A DNA stretch of 64,000 bases, from contig CP084167.1 in the NCBI GenBank assembly GCA_021513715.1, positions 3,008,001 through 3,072,000 on the forward strand, in the 5' to 3' direction. The DNA is from Candidatus Heimdallarchaeum endolithica. GTDB taxonomy: Archaea; Asgardarchaeota; Heimdallarchaeia; Heimdallarchaeales; Heimdallarchaeaceae. The notes under the pieces are model-generated. The model saw only the letters and a list, made by a program, of their open reading frames with translations, was not told the DNA's origin and made no database searches. Position numbers and translations under genes: made by a program. Positions 48,794 to 60,800 of the stretch are shown piece after piece (position 1 is the first letter of the stretch; each line of letters starts with the position of its first letter).

Positions 48794-50251
48794 CTAAATA
48801 AAAGGGTTTTTTACTAATCCCAAAGCCATTAAAGTTTTTAGTATTTTCATTCCTATTCTGATTTTGAAATCCATTTTTTTAGCTGTCACACTTAATTTAG
48901 AAACACGTATATATGGTACTTCATTGTTCAGTCCTTGTCTACGTTCTTTAGAGATTAGATCAATATTTTGTATAAGTTCAGGTATTGTTCCTGAAATAGT
49001 AATATCTTGAACTGGAAAAGCTATTTCACCATTCTTGATGTACCAACCAGAACCAGTAACAGAAAATCTTCCAGAAGAGAAGTCGCTCATGTGTATTCCC
49101 ATGAAGTTCTGAAGCATAAAACCTTCTTTGGTCTCTTGAATCATTTCTTCTTTTGAAGAATCACCTGGTTCAATTATAGTAGCATAATTTCCAATTGAAG
49201 GAGAGCGTTTGATGGGATTTCCTCCAAAAAATCCTCCTCTAGTTGCTTTGCCATTACTTTCCATGTTTAGTTTATTGGCATAATAGGAATTCAAATAATA
49301 GGTTTGTAATATTCCATTCTCTATTAAAGTTGTTTTTTGAGTGGGTACTCCTTCAGCGTCATAATTTGTACTTGTTATCATATCTGGATGAAGAGGATCA
49401 TCGATTAAAGTAAAATTATCTGCAGCTACTTTCTCACCTATTTTATCAGAGAAAACAGTTTCTCCTCTTGAAGCCTTATCTCCTCTTAGTAAGTCTGTTA
49501 GTATCATAAATAATCCACCGAAAAGGCCATATGACCCTTCTGGAGGAAGAATAATAGGATACTCTCCTGATAATGACAAAGTTTGAGGTTTAGCTACTGC
49601 TAACGTTTTTTCAATGGCTTTTTTAGTTATTTCTTGTGGGATAATTTTTCCCCATTCTCTAGCTCCTTCAAAATGAAAATCATAAATAGGAAAGCCATGA
49701 ATAGACAAAAATCCAATTCCTAGTCCATATCCTGCTTCTTGTTTGTATATATCTATTCCTGAAGTGTTTTTTAGAAAAGTTTCTCCTGAGTCAATGTTTC
49801 CCATTGCAGTTAAGAAATATAGATTCTTGGGTAGTTTAGAGGGAAGAAGTTGTTCAAAAGGTTCTACAGATTCGTCGATCCCCATATCTAAAAACTTTTT
49901 ATCCAGCTTAAGTGGATGTTCTGCTTTTTTAGTTTCTGGAAAAGGAACAATATCTGGATCTGGTTTTTTAGTCTTAGCATTTTGGATGGCTGCTTTTACT
50001 GTTTGCTGTATGTCTTCGCTTTTAAAAGAAGAAGTATACGCAAAACCATAAGCATTGTTTGCAATAACTCTAAATGCAATTCCATGTAAAATACCTAAAT
50101 TATGTTTTGGTTTGTTTTTCTCTAATTCAAGATTAAAAGTTTTTTCTAGTATTCCAAAACCTTCAGCGTGTTCTGCACCATTCTTTTTTGCATATTCTAG
50201 ACCAATATCTAGAGCCTTTTGTATTTTATCTTTTAAATCACTACTTACCAT
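48794..50251 (-). CDS. tldE: TldE/PmbA family protein
   Basis: YDAEGVPT..IENGIL, SSGRFS, G.YIKNGEI.FPV; no HExxxH. Confidence 0.88.
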   Translation of the reverse strand: MVSSDLKDKIQKALDIGLEYAKKNGAEHAEGFGILEKTFNLELEKNKPKHNLGILHGIAFRVIANNAYGFAYTSSFKSEDIQQTVKAAIQNAKTKKPDPDIVPFPETKKAEHPLKLDKKFLDMGIDESVEPFEQLLPSKLPKNLYFLTAMGNIDSGETFLKNTSGIDIYKQEAGYGLGIGFLSIHGFPIYDFHFEGAREWGKIIPQEITKKAIEKTLAVAKPQTLSLSGEYPIILPPEGSYGLFGGLFMILTDLLRGDKASRGETVFSDKIGEKVAADNFTLIDDPLHPDMITSTNYDAEGVPTQKTTLIENGILQTYYLNSYYANKLNMESNGKATRGGFFGGNPIKRSPSIGNYATIIEPGDSSKEEMIQETKEGFMLQNFMGIHMSDFSSGRFSVTGSGWYIKNGEIAFPVQDITISGTIPELIQNIDLISKERRQGLNNEVPYIRVSKLSVTAKKMDFKIRIGMKILKTLMALGLVKNPFI

Positions 50252-50260
50252 TTGTTTCAC

Positions 50261-51658
50261 CTATCCTACAACAATGTTCTTAACTGCAAGCCAACCTCCT
50301 GAGACTCCTACAGGAGCAGATTGACCATCTTTTCCACAAAAACCTATGCTATCCAGGGGGTTTTCAAATTCAGGAGAAACACCAATTATTTTATTTAATG
50401 TTTCTAAGGTATTGCCGGCTAAAGTAGTAGGACGATATCTTTCTCCTATTTCACCTTTCTCGATTTTATACAGCTCTGCTACACCAAAGTTAAAAGTACC
50501 TTTAATTGGGTCTACTTGTCCTCCTCCGCCTTGCATGAGGAGAAAACCTTCTTTAGTCAATTCTAGCAACTCTTCAGGTTTCATTGGATCTTTTGCTGGA
50601 GCAATATATGTGTTGGTCATTCTAACGATTTGAGGAACATTATAAACTTCAGCTCTAGCATTGCCTGTAGGTTTAAGATTAAAGTGAGCAGCTGTAGCTC
50701 TATCAGTAAGGTATGTTTCAAGAACTCCATTTCTGATAATATAAGTTTTCTGCCCTGGTACTCCCTCATCGTCGTATTTAATATAACCAAAAGTGTTTAC
50801 ACCGTTGGATTTAATCATTGAACCATCATCTATAAGATTTACAACTGGGTTAGCTATTCTTTTTCCCAATTTATTACGAAAAACTCCTGCTACTTGAACA
50901 AAGTCTCCTTCAGCTGAATGCCCAGCAGCTTCATGTGCAAATAAGTGGTTAATTGTACCATCTAAAACTACTGGATACCTGCCTGATTTAACCTTAGGAG
51001 TTTTTAGCCCTTCAATAGCTCTTTCTTTAGCTTGTTTTCCTGTTTCTTCAGGAGAACGAATGTCGAATAATTCTAATCCTCCAATGTGACCAATTCTACT
51101 CCTACCTTCTATTGTTTCTGCTCCTTCTCTAGCAACACTTGTACAAACCATCATTACATAAGGAACTTTATATTCAATTCTTAATCCTTCTGTAGTAACA
51201 AGAATTTGATCTCTCATAACTTCTCTATACATAGTTAAACGAGACTTTATCCTCTCGTCTTCTTGTGCTTTATCTGCTTCTAGAGTTAATTTTATTTTTT
51301 CATCAAAGCCAAAGTCTTTAATTTTCTTTTTTTGTTCTCCAATAAATTTATCTTCGATAATCTTAATTTCAGCAAGTTTAATATCTTCTTTCTTCTGTTT
51401 AACGTTCAGTTTATTAGCTTGCAAAGCCATAGAGACTACTTCTTCATATTTTTCAAAAGGGCCATAGGCAAAACCCCAGGCGCTTTGATTGAGTACTCTT
51501 ACTCCTATACCTGACTCTATGCCTGTACTTGAAGTTTCAATTCTTCCATTAACAGCTTTTATTTCTGTCATGAGAGAACTCTCAGCTCTTATGTCTGCAT
51601 AAGTTACTTTTTTTTCCTCTAAAAGTTTAAGAACTTTAGAAATTGTTTCTTCTCGCAT
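50261..51658 (-). CDS. tldD: TldD family metalloprotease
   Basis: HEAAGHSAEGD, YDDEG, VRMTNT, CGKDGQ.APV. Confidence 0.92.
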   Translation of the reverse strand: MREETISKVLKLLEEKKVTYADIRAESSLMTEIKAVNGRIETSSTGIESGIGVRVLNQSAWGFAYGPFEKYEEVVSMALQANKLNVKQKKEDIKLAEIKIIEDKFIGEQKKKIKDFGFDEKIKLTLEADKAQEDERIKSRLTMYREVMRDQILVTTEGLRIEYKVPYVMMVCTSVAREGAETIEGRSRIGHIGGLELFDIRSPEETGKQAKERAIEGLKTPKVKSGRYPVVLDGTINHLFAHEAAGHSAEGDFVQVAGVFRNKLGKRIANPVVNLIDDGSMIKSNGVNTFGYIKYDDEGVPGQKTYIIRNGVLETYLTDRATAAHFNLKPTGNARAEVYNVPQIVRMTNTYIAPAKDPMKPEELLELTKEGFLLMQGGGGQVDPIKGTFNFGVAELYKIEKGEIGERYRPTTLAGNTLETLNKIIGVSPEFENPLDSIGFCGKDGQSAPVGVSGGWLAVKNIVVG

Positions 51659-51762
51659 TGTAATCAAAAATAATTCTAAATCTATATTAATAAACCTATT
51701 CAAATTTTTACATATCTTTGGAAAGATTAATCTACTAGATATTTCAATTAATCACGAGCAAA

Positions 51763-52479
51763 ATGAGCCAAAATCAACACATTAATGTTGTAGAAAATTA
51801 CTATAATGTACTTTCTAACATTGAAAAAAGTGCTAAAAAAGTAGGACGAGATCCATCAGAGATTACTTTGGTTGGAGTAACAAAGAGAATAGAAGTTCAG
51901 AGAATAGTTCCTGTATTAAAAGAAGGTTTAACAACAATTGGTGAAATAGTTGGAAAGGATCTAAAACAAAAGTATGAGCTGTTAAAACACAATAATGTTT
52001 CTATTCATGTGATTGGAAAATTACAGTCAAATAAAGTAAAATATGCAGTTGAAAAATGTGATCTTGTTCAATCAGTTCATAATGAAAAAATCCTTTCTTT
52101 AATTAATAAAAGAGCAAAAATGAACAAAAGAGTTTTTCCAATATTCTTACAGGTTGACTTTAGTAATCTTGAAGTCAAAAAAGGATTAAATCTGGAAGAA
52201 ACCAAAAATATCATCCACCTAATCAAAACAAAATATAATTTTGTTCAAATACAAGGTTTTATGACAATTGCTCCTTTGCAATATATGGAAAATAGAAGAA
52301 TTCTTGCAAAATTCTTTAAAAAAACAAGAGAGTATGTAGATAAAGAGCTTGTTCCAAAAATAGAATATGATAACTTGCAACTCTCAATGGGTATGACAGA
52401 TGCATATCAACTCGCAATTGAAAACGGTTCAACAATGGTAAGAGTTGGAACAGCAATATTTGGTCCTCGAAACAAATGA
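51763..52479 (+). CDS. yggS: YggS/PLP homeostasis protein
   Basis: LVGVTK, HVIGKLQSNKVK, LSMGMTDAY..AIENGSTMVRVGTAIFG. Confidence 0.93.
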   Translation: MSQNQHINVVENYYNVLSNIEKSAKKVGRDPSEITLVGVTKRIEVQRIVPVLKEGLTTIGEIVGKDLKQKYELLKHNNVSIHVIGKLQSNKVKYAVEKCDLVQSVHNEKILSLINKRAKMNKRVFPIFLQVDFSNLEVKKGLNLEETKNIIHLIKTKYNFVQIQGFMTIAPLQYMENRRILAKFFKKTREYVDKELVPKIEYDNLQLSMGMTDAYQLAIENGSTMVRVGTAIFGPRNK

Positions 52480-52559
52480 TTTTTTATTTATGTTTAAGAG
52501 TATTATTTTTATAACAGTATTTCATTATCTTTTAATAGTAGTTAAAGTAGGTTTAATCA

Positions 52560-53774
52560 ATGGCAATCTGGAGATTAGTTAAAAATTCTATAAGATTCGC
52601 ATTCAGAGCAAAAAAAAGATGGATAACATTTGTGATAATATTTGCTCTCCTGTCTGCTTTTGTAACACTTTTTGTAAGTACTTTCAATGGTTATTCAACT
52701 GAAAAACTGATGTCTCAAAAAGGATTCTATATTAAAGCTGCAGGAACAAGTGAAAATGCAGGAACGGTAACAGAACAACAAGGAAATAACTTTTATGAAG
52801 AGATAATAGCTCTTACCCAAGTAGAAAAAGTGACACTATTTCGTTATTTTGACTTAGGAAATTCGGTACGTATTTTCAGTGTCGAACCAGATTCAAGATG
52901 GATGTTTCTAGAAGCAAAACCTTCTAAGATCGTAGATGGTAAATATATTACAAAAGATAATGAAGCCTTAGTTTCTCTTGATGCTTCAATTACAGCTGAT
53001 ATAGGAAACATATCTGCATCTTTATCAGCAACATTACATAAAGGAGAAGTGTTAAGTTTCAAAAAAGATAACAATGAACTTGATATAACCATTGTTGGAG
53101 AAATTGAAGATACAATAAATGCTCCAGGAAAGTTTAAACTATTTGTATCAGATACAACTTTTGATCAAATTCAAGAATTTTATAGCGACAATTCTCCAGT
53201 ATTTTGTTATAGTATCGCAATTTTAGTTAAGGGAGATTTGTTTAAACCCTTTAATCATGATATAAAAAATAATATTGAAACCCTTTCCCCTCAATCTAGT
53301 ATAATATGGATTAATCCTGATGATCCAGCAGAAACAAGCGAGTATGGAGTGTGGGCAGAACCACTTGTTCCAGACGCTAGAGCATCTGAAAAACAAAGGT
53401 TAACAGACTTTTTGTATTTCTTTGTTGGAATTTTGGGAGGAATGATTCTTGTTTTGTTGTATAATGCTTTAATTGTATGGTTTAGAAAAAGAGAGATAGC
53501 TGTTTTACGTGCAATGGGTTATAAGAAAAGAGAAATAAGAATAAATTTATTAGGTGAAAGTTTGACAATAAGCTTATTGGGTTTCATAATAGGTCTTTCA
53601 GCCATGCTAATCTATTTCTGGACACAAGGGTTAACATTTACAAATCAAGTAATCACACCATTAACTTTATTGATGTCATTTGGAATTGTGGTTGGTTTGT
53701 CAATTCCAGGATTGTTAATATCTAGTGTGTCTTTTACAAGAGTTAATCCAATTCTATTGTTTAAAGCAAGGTGA
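52560..53774 (+). CDS. ABC transporter permease (MacB/FtsX-like)
   Basis: TM1, large extracellular loop, RKREIAVLRAMG, 3 C-terminal TMs. Confidence 0.9.
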   Translation: MAIWRLVKNSIRFAFRAKKRWITFVIIFALLSAFVTLFVSTFNGYSTEKLMSQKGFYIKAAGTSENAGTVTEQQGNNFYEEIIALTQVEKVTLFRYFDLGNSVRIFSVEPDSRWMFLEAKPSKIVDGKYITKDNEALVSLDASITADIGNISASLSATLHKGEVLSFKKDNNELDITIVGEIEDTINAPGKFKLFVSDTTFDQIQEFYSDNSPVFCYSIAILVKGDLFKPFNHDIKNNIETLSPQSSIIWINPDDPAETSEYGVWAEPLVPDARASEKQRLTDFLYFFVGILGGMILVLLYNALIVWFRKREIAVLRAMGYKKREIRINLLGESLTISLLGFIIGLSAMLIYFWTQGLTFTNQVITPLTLLMSFGIVVGLSIPGLLISSVSFTRVNPILLFKAR

Positions 53775-53779
53775 GAAAA

Positions 53780-54526
53780 ATGAGTAGTAATGCAATATTA
53801 AAATGTGAAAAAGTAACAAAAATTTACCGTAGAGGGCGTTCAGAATCTGTTCACGCTTTGAAAGATATAGATCTTGAAATTCGTCCTGGAGAAATAATAA
53901 TGATCGCTGGTCCTTCTGGTTCGGGAAAAACAACATTGTTGAACGTTCTTTCTGGCTTAGATAAACCAACAAAAGGAAAAATATTCTTTAATATATCTAA
54001 AGCGAGTGACAAATTCAAAGTTAAAGGATTGGATGAAGAACCAACTAAAAAACAAAAATTTATAGATATTACACAGTGGGATGAAAAACAATTAACAGAG
54101 TATAGACGATACAATGTGGGCTTCATCTTTCAAGCTTGGGAGTTAATACCAACACTTAAAGCGATAGAAAATGTGGAATCAAGTTTATATCCTTTAGATA
54201 TTCCCATAGGAGAAATAAGAGATAGAGCAAAAAAACTGTTCCGTAAAGTACAACTATTTGACAAAGAAAATGCTTTTCCAGACCAACTCAGTGGAGGAGA
54301 GCAACAAAGAGTAGCTATATGTAGAGCATTAATTAAAGAACCAAAGATCGTATTTGCAGATGAACCTACAGGAAATCTAGATAGTGAGACTGGAGAACAA
54401 ATTTTAAGGCAAATGAAGTTAATTAGTAGAGAAGGAGCAGCAGTAGTACTCTCTACTCACAATTTAGAATTAAGAAAGTTTGCTGATAGAGTTATTAGAT
54501 TACACGATGGTCAAATAACTTATTAA
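53780..54526 (+). CDS. ABC transporter ATP-binding protein (LolD/MacB-like)
   Basis: [31 protein letters not shown]. Confidence 0.95.
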   Translation: MSSNAILKCEKVTKIYRRGRSESVHALKDIDLEIRPGEIIMIAGPSGSGKTTLLNVLSGLDKPTKGKIFFNISKASDKFKVKGLDEEPTKKQKFIDITQWDEKQLTEYRRYNVGFIFQAWELIPTLKAIENVESSLYPLDIPIGEIRDRAKKLFRKVQLFDKENAFPDQLSGGEQQRVAICRALIKEPKIVFADEPTGNLDSETGEQILRQMKLISREGAAVVLSTHNLELRKFADRVIRLHDGQITY

Positions 54527-54548
54527 TTTATAAAAGGAAGTGAAAAAT

Positions 54549-56171
54549 ATGAGTAATATATTCTTGAAATTGATCAGCAGTGATTTTGCTGGAGAAGAAA
54601 GAGAAAAAGTAGAATATTCTGCAATAGTTGGATTTGCTTTGGACCACTTCAATAAGGGGGAACAACTAGAAGGAATCTATGTGTGTTATCTCCCCTTTTT
54701 TGGAATAAGAGTGAATGAATCAAACTTTGCCATTATCAATGCATTAGATAAAGGAAAAAATCAGTTGTCTGTAAATAAAATCCCTGATTCCTCTGATATA
54801 AAAAAAATATTAAGTTCAGATATATCGATTCAAGAAAAATATAAACAAATTGAGTCTAGGCTTCTAAAAAAGAATGAAGAAGTAATAGAAGTAAATGGGA
54901 TTTTGAATAGAGATGGAATACAAGGATTAGCTAAACTTTTGCCACAACATACAGGAACAGCTAATAATAACTACAAAAAACTAAGTCCTATAATTTCTAG
55001 AGAGGAAGTGACAAACCAGATTCGTAAACTTCAGAATTATATTTTATCTGATATTGAAGTAGAAGAAAGAATAAATGCTTTTTTGGAAGATCTTGAGATA
55101 GTTATAACCAATGAGATTGAAAAATTAAAGAAAGAGAGAGTAAGTACAGAGAAAAAATACGCTGAAAAAATAGCTAAAAAGAAAGCAGAGATTCAACAAA
55201 AACTACAAGAAATGGAAGCTGAGGAAAAAGCAGAACACGCTAAAATAGACAAAGAAGTAGCAAAAAACCAAGCTAATGTAATTAAAAGTTTGCAATCAGA
55301 TACTAGATGGAAACAATATGAGAATGATATTAAAAGTCTAGTAGCAAATTATAATAAATTTTTATCCAAAATTAATGCTGCTAAAGACGAAAAAGACTTA
55401 GAGTTATTAGTTAAAGAAATAGATATTCTTCAACAAGATGTTCAATCAATAGGTATAGGATTGAATTCTGCTTTATCTGAAGTAAAAAACAGACATCTTG
55501 AATATGGTGACTATGAACAACAAGGTATAGTAGACAAGAGAAATATATCAGAAAGACTTGAGTCTTTAAGAGAAGAAGAAAGGACAGCATATAGATCAAT
55601 TGAAAATGAAAAAGAAACTGCTTTACAAGATATAGATAAAGAAATTAATGACGCAAAATCAATACTTAAAGAACTAAAAAACAAAAAGAAAGATCTCAAA
55701 AAACAAATCATGCAGAATTATGAAATGAAAGGGACTGATTTTACTTTGAATGCTGACGTTTTAGGTGTAGAACCAACAGTTAATAGTATAAATATATATG
55801 TTCCTTTAGCAATTGCTCGATATAAATACAAAAACAAGCTAGGACATATCGTCATTCCTCCATTCGAAATAGCAAACAATATGAGTAAACCAAAGAAATT
55901 AGCACTAGTTGGAGTTAATGGAAATATTGGTTTTGATTGCATAGGAATATCCTTGCTTTCAAAAATAAAAAGAAGTTTGGAATATCTACTTGATGAAAAT
56001 CAAAATCTGCAAAATGAAATTATTGGAAACAATAATGAAGTAATAGAAACAGGAGATTTAAATAAACTTAATGATGGCGTAGAACTATTAGAGCAGAAAA
56101 AGAAATGGAAAGATAAACAATCTGATAGGATCATACTTCAATATAGAAAAGTAAGAAGTTCAAGATCTTAA
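54549..56171 (+). CDS. Hypothetical protein with central coiled coil
   Basis: About 210 aa E/K heptad core between globular ends. Confidence 0.75.
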   Translation: MSNIFLKLISSDFAGEEREKVEYSAIVGFALDHFNKGEQLEGIYVCYLPFFGIRVNESNFAIINALDKGKNQLSVNKIPDSSDIKKILSSDISIQEKYKQIESRLLKKNEEVIEVNGILNRDGIQGLAKLLPQHTGTANNNYKKLSPIISREEVTNQIRKLQNYILSDIEVEERINAFLEDLEIVITNEIEKLKKERVSTEKKYAEKIAKKKAEIQQKLQEMEAEEKAEHAKIDKEVAKNQANVIKSLQSDTRWKQYENDIKSLVANYNKFLSKINAAKDEKDLELLVKEIDILQQDVQSIGIGLNSALSEVKNRHLEYGDYEQQGIVDKRNISERLESLREEERTAYRSIENEKETALQDIDKEINDAKSILKELKNKKKDLKKQIMQNYEMKGTDFTLNADVLGVEPTVNSINIYVPLAIARYKYKNKLGHIVIPPFEIANNMSKPKKLALVGVNGNIGFDCIGISLLSKIKRSLEYLLDENQNLQNEIIGNNNEVIETGDLNKLNDGVELLEQKKKWKDKQSDRIILQYRKVRSSRS

Positions 56172-56338
56172 ATCCTTTTTACTTTTTTACATTATAATGA
56201 AAAACTCTTTTTTTCTTCTTTTTTGAAAATAGAACAAGATTTAATACATATTAATCTTATAACTTCATTTTATAATGTATATTTGTAAACTCAGAAACAA
56301 AGGTTCAAAAACATAGTAAGAAGCCTTACTCCTAGGTT

Positions 56339-57259
56339 ATGAAATCTACAAAATTTATTTTTACTACTCTTAATCTTTCTAAAGAGTTCCTAGAATCGAT
56401 TTTTACATTGGCGAGCAAAATAGAACAAAATCTTGAAAATTATTCAGACAAGTGTAAGGGTAAAATATTAGCTACTCTCTTTTTTGAACCTAGTACAAGG
56501 ACAATGTTATCTTTTGAAAGTGCAATGTTAAGATTAGGAGGTTCAATATTAGGTTTTTCTAGTGCTAAAACCAGTAGTTTAGCAAAAGGAGAAACTATTG
56601 CTGATACTCTGAGAATGATTAATGGATATGCAGATATAGCAGTTATACGACATTTCTTGGAAGGAGTAGGAGAAATAGCTAAAAAATATTCATCTATACC
56701 TGTTATTTCTGGGGGAACAGGAACACAAGCTCACCCAACCCAAGCGATGCTAGATCTATATACAATAAAAAATGCATTTGGTACAATTGATGGACTCAAA
56801 GTTGCATTGATGGGCGATCTAAAATATGGAAGAACAATTCCTTCTCTTTTATATGGGTTAGCAAAATATGAAAACGTTACTGTATATTTAGTATCTCCCA
56901 AAGAACTAAAGATAAGAAATCATGTGAGACAAAGGTTGAAAGATTTTAACTTAAAATTCTATGAGATAGATGACGTTTCTCAAATAATTGATGAATTAGA
57001 TGTGTTATATGTTACCAGAATACAAAAGGAAAGATTTCCTGATCAACTGGATTATGAAAGATTAAAGAGCTCCTATAAAATTTCACCTAGCACACTTAAA
57101 GATACAAAAAAATCTTTTATTTTACTACACCCTCTTCCTCGAGTGGATGAAATAACTCCAGAAGTAGATGATTTGGGTTGTGCAAAGTATTTTGAACAAG
57201 CAAAAAATGGAGTATACGTGAGAATGGCAATTATTCTCAAGTTACTTGGAGTTGAATGA
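56339..57259 (+). CDS. pyrB: Aspartate carbamoyltransferase catalytic subunit
   Basis: FFEPSTRT, HPTQ, GDLKYGRT, RIQKER, HPLP. Confidence 0.97.
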   Translation: MKSTKFIFTTLNLSKEFLESIFTLASKIEQNLENYSDKCKGKILATLFFEPSTRTMLSFESAMLRLGGSILGFSSAKTSSLAKGETIADTLRMINGYADIAVIRHFLEGVGEIAKKYSSIPVISGGTGTQAHPTQAMLDLYTIKNAFGTIDGLKVALMGDLKYGRTIPSLLYGLAKYENVTVYLVSPKELKIRNHVRQRLKDFNLKFYEIDDVSQIIDELDVLYVTRIQKERFPDQLDYERLKSSYKISPSTLKDTKKSFILLHPLPRVDEITPEVDDLGCAKYFEQAKNGVYVRMAIILKLLGVE

Positions 57260-57260
57260 A

Positions 57261-57734
57261 ATGGAAACAGTAAAAGAAAAAAAATTAATCGTAACAAAAA
57301 TCAAAGAAGGAACTGTTATTGATAGAATTCCTCCAGGAAAAGCTATGAAAGTTTTACATGTTCTTGGTATTAATGAGAATTACCCCTATACTGTGGCTTT
57401 AGCTATGAGGGTTAAATCAAAAAAAATGCAATTAAAGGACATTGTAAAAATTAAAGGAAAAATGTTAACTCCTGAAGAAAGTCAAAAATTATCTCTTATA
57501 GCTCCAAACGCTGTTGTAAATATCATTAATGATTATAAAGTAGAGAAAAAGATAGTTCTGGAAATCCCTGAACAGGTAAGTGAAATAATAAGGTGCTTAA
57601 ATCCAAACTGTGTCACTAATAATAGAGAACCTGTTTCTCCCATTTTTTCTGTTGTATCTAAGGAACCTTTAATTCTCAGATGTAAATATTGTGACAGATT
57701 ACTTGAAGGGCAAAACCTTTCTGAGCAATTATAG
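57261..57734 (+). CDS. pyrI: Aspartate carbamoyltransferase regulatory subunit
   Basis: GTVIDRI, KDIVKI, CLNPNCVT, RCKYCD. Confidence 0.97.
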   Translation: METVKEKKLIVTKIKEGTVIDRIPPGKAMKVLHVLGINENYPYTVALAMRVKSKKMQLKDIVKIKGKMLTPEESQKLSLIAPNAVVNIINDYKVEKKIVLEIPEQVSEIIRCLNPNCVTNNREPVSPIFSVVSKEPLILRCKYCDRLLEGQNLSEQL

Positions 57735-57815
57735 TAAAAAATGGTTATTTTACTTAATTTAGAATTGAAAAAAAGAAAAAATCATTAATTCTTTTTTAAT
57801 TATCACATAAGAAGA

Positions 57816-60800
57816 TTATTTCTCTTCTGCAGAAATTGATGGATAGTCAGATAATCTAAATATTGCTTCTTTCATAGTTTCTATTAAGTCAATTACCTTT
57901 TTATCTCCTTGTTCAAGTAAATAATTTGTTGCAACTTTAATCCCATCGATTAAAGGTTCAGTCATCTCATCAAACTTATACCTTGCTACAAAACGAATAA
58001 TATCACTTATTACTACTAATCTGTCTAAATGCCTTGTCATCTTCTTAAAGTATTCAGGTTCAATGTAACATTTAACAATCCAGTTTTTTCCTCCAGATAT
58101 AACAGAAATATTGTCAAATCTGTAAAGAGCTGTTACTTCACTTTTAGTTGTAAAAATCTCCTTAGGAATAGTCCCAAGATCGATATAGAAACCTTTTCTA
58201 TCTGTTGATAGTTCTAAATCACGGTTAATGAACGAATCATGAATTAGACGAATATAATTGTTAATCAGCTTAATTAAAGTATTGCCGAGAGAGCGCATGT
58301 TAATGTATAGGTTTGTTTCGAACTCTTTTCTAGTTTTACTTTTTGTCCAAGCTCTTTTAACAGTAAGCATTGCACTTTTTGCATCTTGAATCATTTGATT
58401 ATATGAATCATCAATAACATAGTCGGGGATTCTACGATAAAGTAAAATAGAAAGAGCAATCTCTAGGAAATTTTTTGGCAATTCTTCTAATTCTCGTTCT
58501 CTTACTTCTTTAATTGTTGCATCAATTTTTGTCTTGCATTCTTCTACACTAGGAGTAAATTGATTAGGTTGAAGTTTTTTGTAGTGAAAAGCGTCATCAA
58601 TCCACTTTTCATAATTTTTCCTGATATAGTCTAAATGCGTGTCAATGGTACCTATTTTGAACTTTACCCAGTGTTGAATGTCAGAAAATATTTTTTTGTT
58701 TACAGGTTCCCATGATTTTATTATTTTTCCTCTTATTTTCTTAAGTTCTTTTTCAGCAGAAGTGTAAAGTTTTTTTGCTATTTCGCAGTAATGAATATCA
58801 TTGCTCCTTAGTTGAGCAAAAGAGGAAAGCAAAGTCTGTAAAGCTTTTTGAACCTTACTTGAATTCTTATTCCAAATATCATAACAACTAACATGATAGT
58901 TTTTGTTTGCAAAGTTTTCTGGAACATCTTTGAATTCAGGAAAAGATGGAAATGATTCTTTAATCTCTGGAAGTAAATTAGCATTTCTTAATTTAGATAC
59001 TCTTTCCTTTTGGAATAGTGTGATGAGATTATCCAATTTAGCTACTATGTCTGATTCAAATTTGAATATTTTTTCAGGATAACTACTCATCATTTTTCTA
59101 ATTATAGAATTCTCATAACTTGCGTAAAGAATTTTATGGTCAATTAAACAAGCTGTTAAAATCTCAGCATTTGATTCTGCTTGCGATAGGGAAAAAACAC
59201 TATTGTCATATCTAACCGTTAAACTTGGTTTCAGTAATAATTCATAAACTGAAATTGTTCTTTTATCAAATTTTAGTTGTATTTTACCAAAAAAACTCTT
59301 TTTATGGACTACAGGTACAGACTTAATATACGCTTTTAGAAAACCAGTGTTTATGGCTCCTCCTATCAAATCTCTCGCTGTAAGACTTAATTGTTTGCCT
59401 ATTTCAAGTTCTCTTTTACGTATATCTTGAATATAGTTGGAAACGATAGACGAGAAAATATATAATGGAATGATTTTTTTGAAAGAATTTATTATGTATA
59501 AATAAATATTACCGAGAATGGAATTAAAGAATTGATCTTCAACGATCTTGACTAATGTTGAAATGATTGCTCTCTCTAGAGCCTTTGAGAAGATAACTGA
59601 TTCCTCAATATTTGAAATCTGGAGTCTCTCTCCCACACCAGCATTTTCAATAATTGAAGTAAGTTCTTTGAGAAGATTTTTACTTATATTTGTAAGTTTT
59701 TGAATTTTGCTAATAATAAATTCTTTTTTAAGATTAAGTGTTGATCCACCCTTCTTTGATTTTTTAACCGATTTTATATTTTCTTCACTGATAATAGCAA
59801 AAGTAAAATCACATATGACGCTCCAAACACTTGGTGGAAGTTCTCTTTCTTTGAATGAACTTATTAGTTGGTTAAAGAAAAGCCTTGCTCCTTGAAGAAT
59901 TAGAGGTTCAGCGTCTTCTGTTAATGCATTACAAATAATATCCCCTTGATTGATTGTACTTATTTTTTCTTTAATCATACTTTGAAGTTTTTGATATATT
60001 TTAACATCTCTAAAATCAATTAATCCCATTAGTGGCTGCTTTTTAGCAATGTTTAGAATAATTTCTTTGCTTAATTCATCAGCAATAAAAGTTTCTGCTG
60101 AATGTATCGCAGAAATTGAAAGATTAGGGTAAATAGAGTTAATTTTCTTTTCTACTTTTTTACCTAGATATTCATTAATTAAGTCTTCAGCGTTGGGAGA
60201 ATGTTTCTTGAGATAATTTTCAATTCTAGATGATATTTCATCTACTGCATATCTAGGTTTTTTATATTGTAAAATAGTAAAAGGATTCTCAAGAGAAATA
60301 ACATTTAAAATGTCTTGAGAGAGCATTTGGATAATAAGTTGACGTTTAAATGAGTTAATTGTTCCTTTGTCCCATGATTGTTCCTCTTCTTTTAGCCACG
60401 CATCTAAATTTTTCATCTGAAGAAGAGTAGGGAAGATATCTGGTTGTGTAGCTGCTTTTTCTATATGTGCATTAATTAAATTAATGAAAACAGAACTGTT
60501 TTCCTTTATGCTGATTTTTTGTCTTGCAATTGTACAAGCATTAAGAAATGATTTAGAAACATAATCTGGAGAAACAGTTCTTCCTGATTCTACATTATCA
60601 TAAAAATTAGGCGTAAGAGTAATAAATTTACCAAAGGATAAAGCTAATTCTTGTACTAAACTTTCATCCTCAATTGAAATTGAATTAGCTGTCTCAGAAC
60701 GAACAATGTATTGAACAACAATATTTGTTTCTTCGCTAGGCATAGTAAAGCTACCAAAGCGAACAAATTCATTCTGACCTGTCATAAATTGTGAATCGCT

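Noticed and set aside
48794-51658. TldDE as part of a RiPP biosynthetic cluster
   Set aside because: No YcaO, precursor peptide or modifying enzymes adjacent; TldDE pairs are common in archaea
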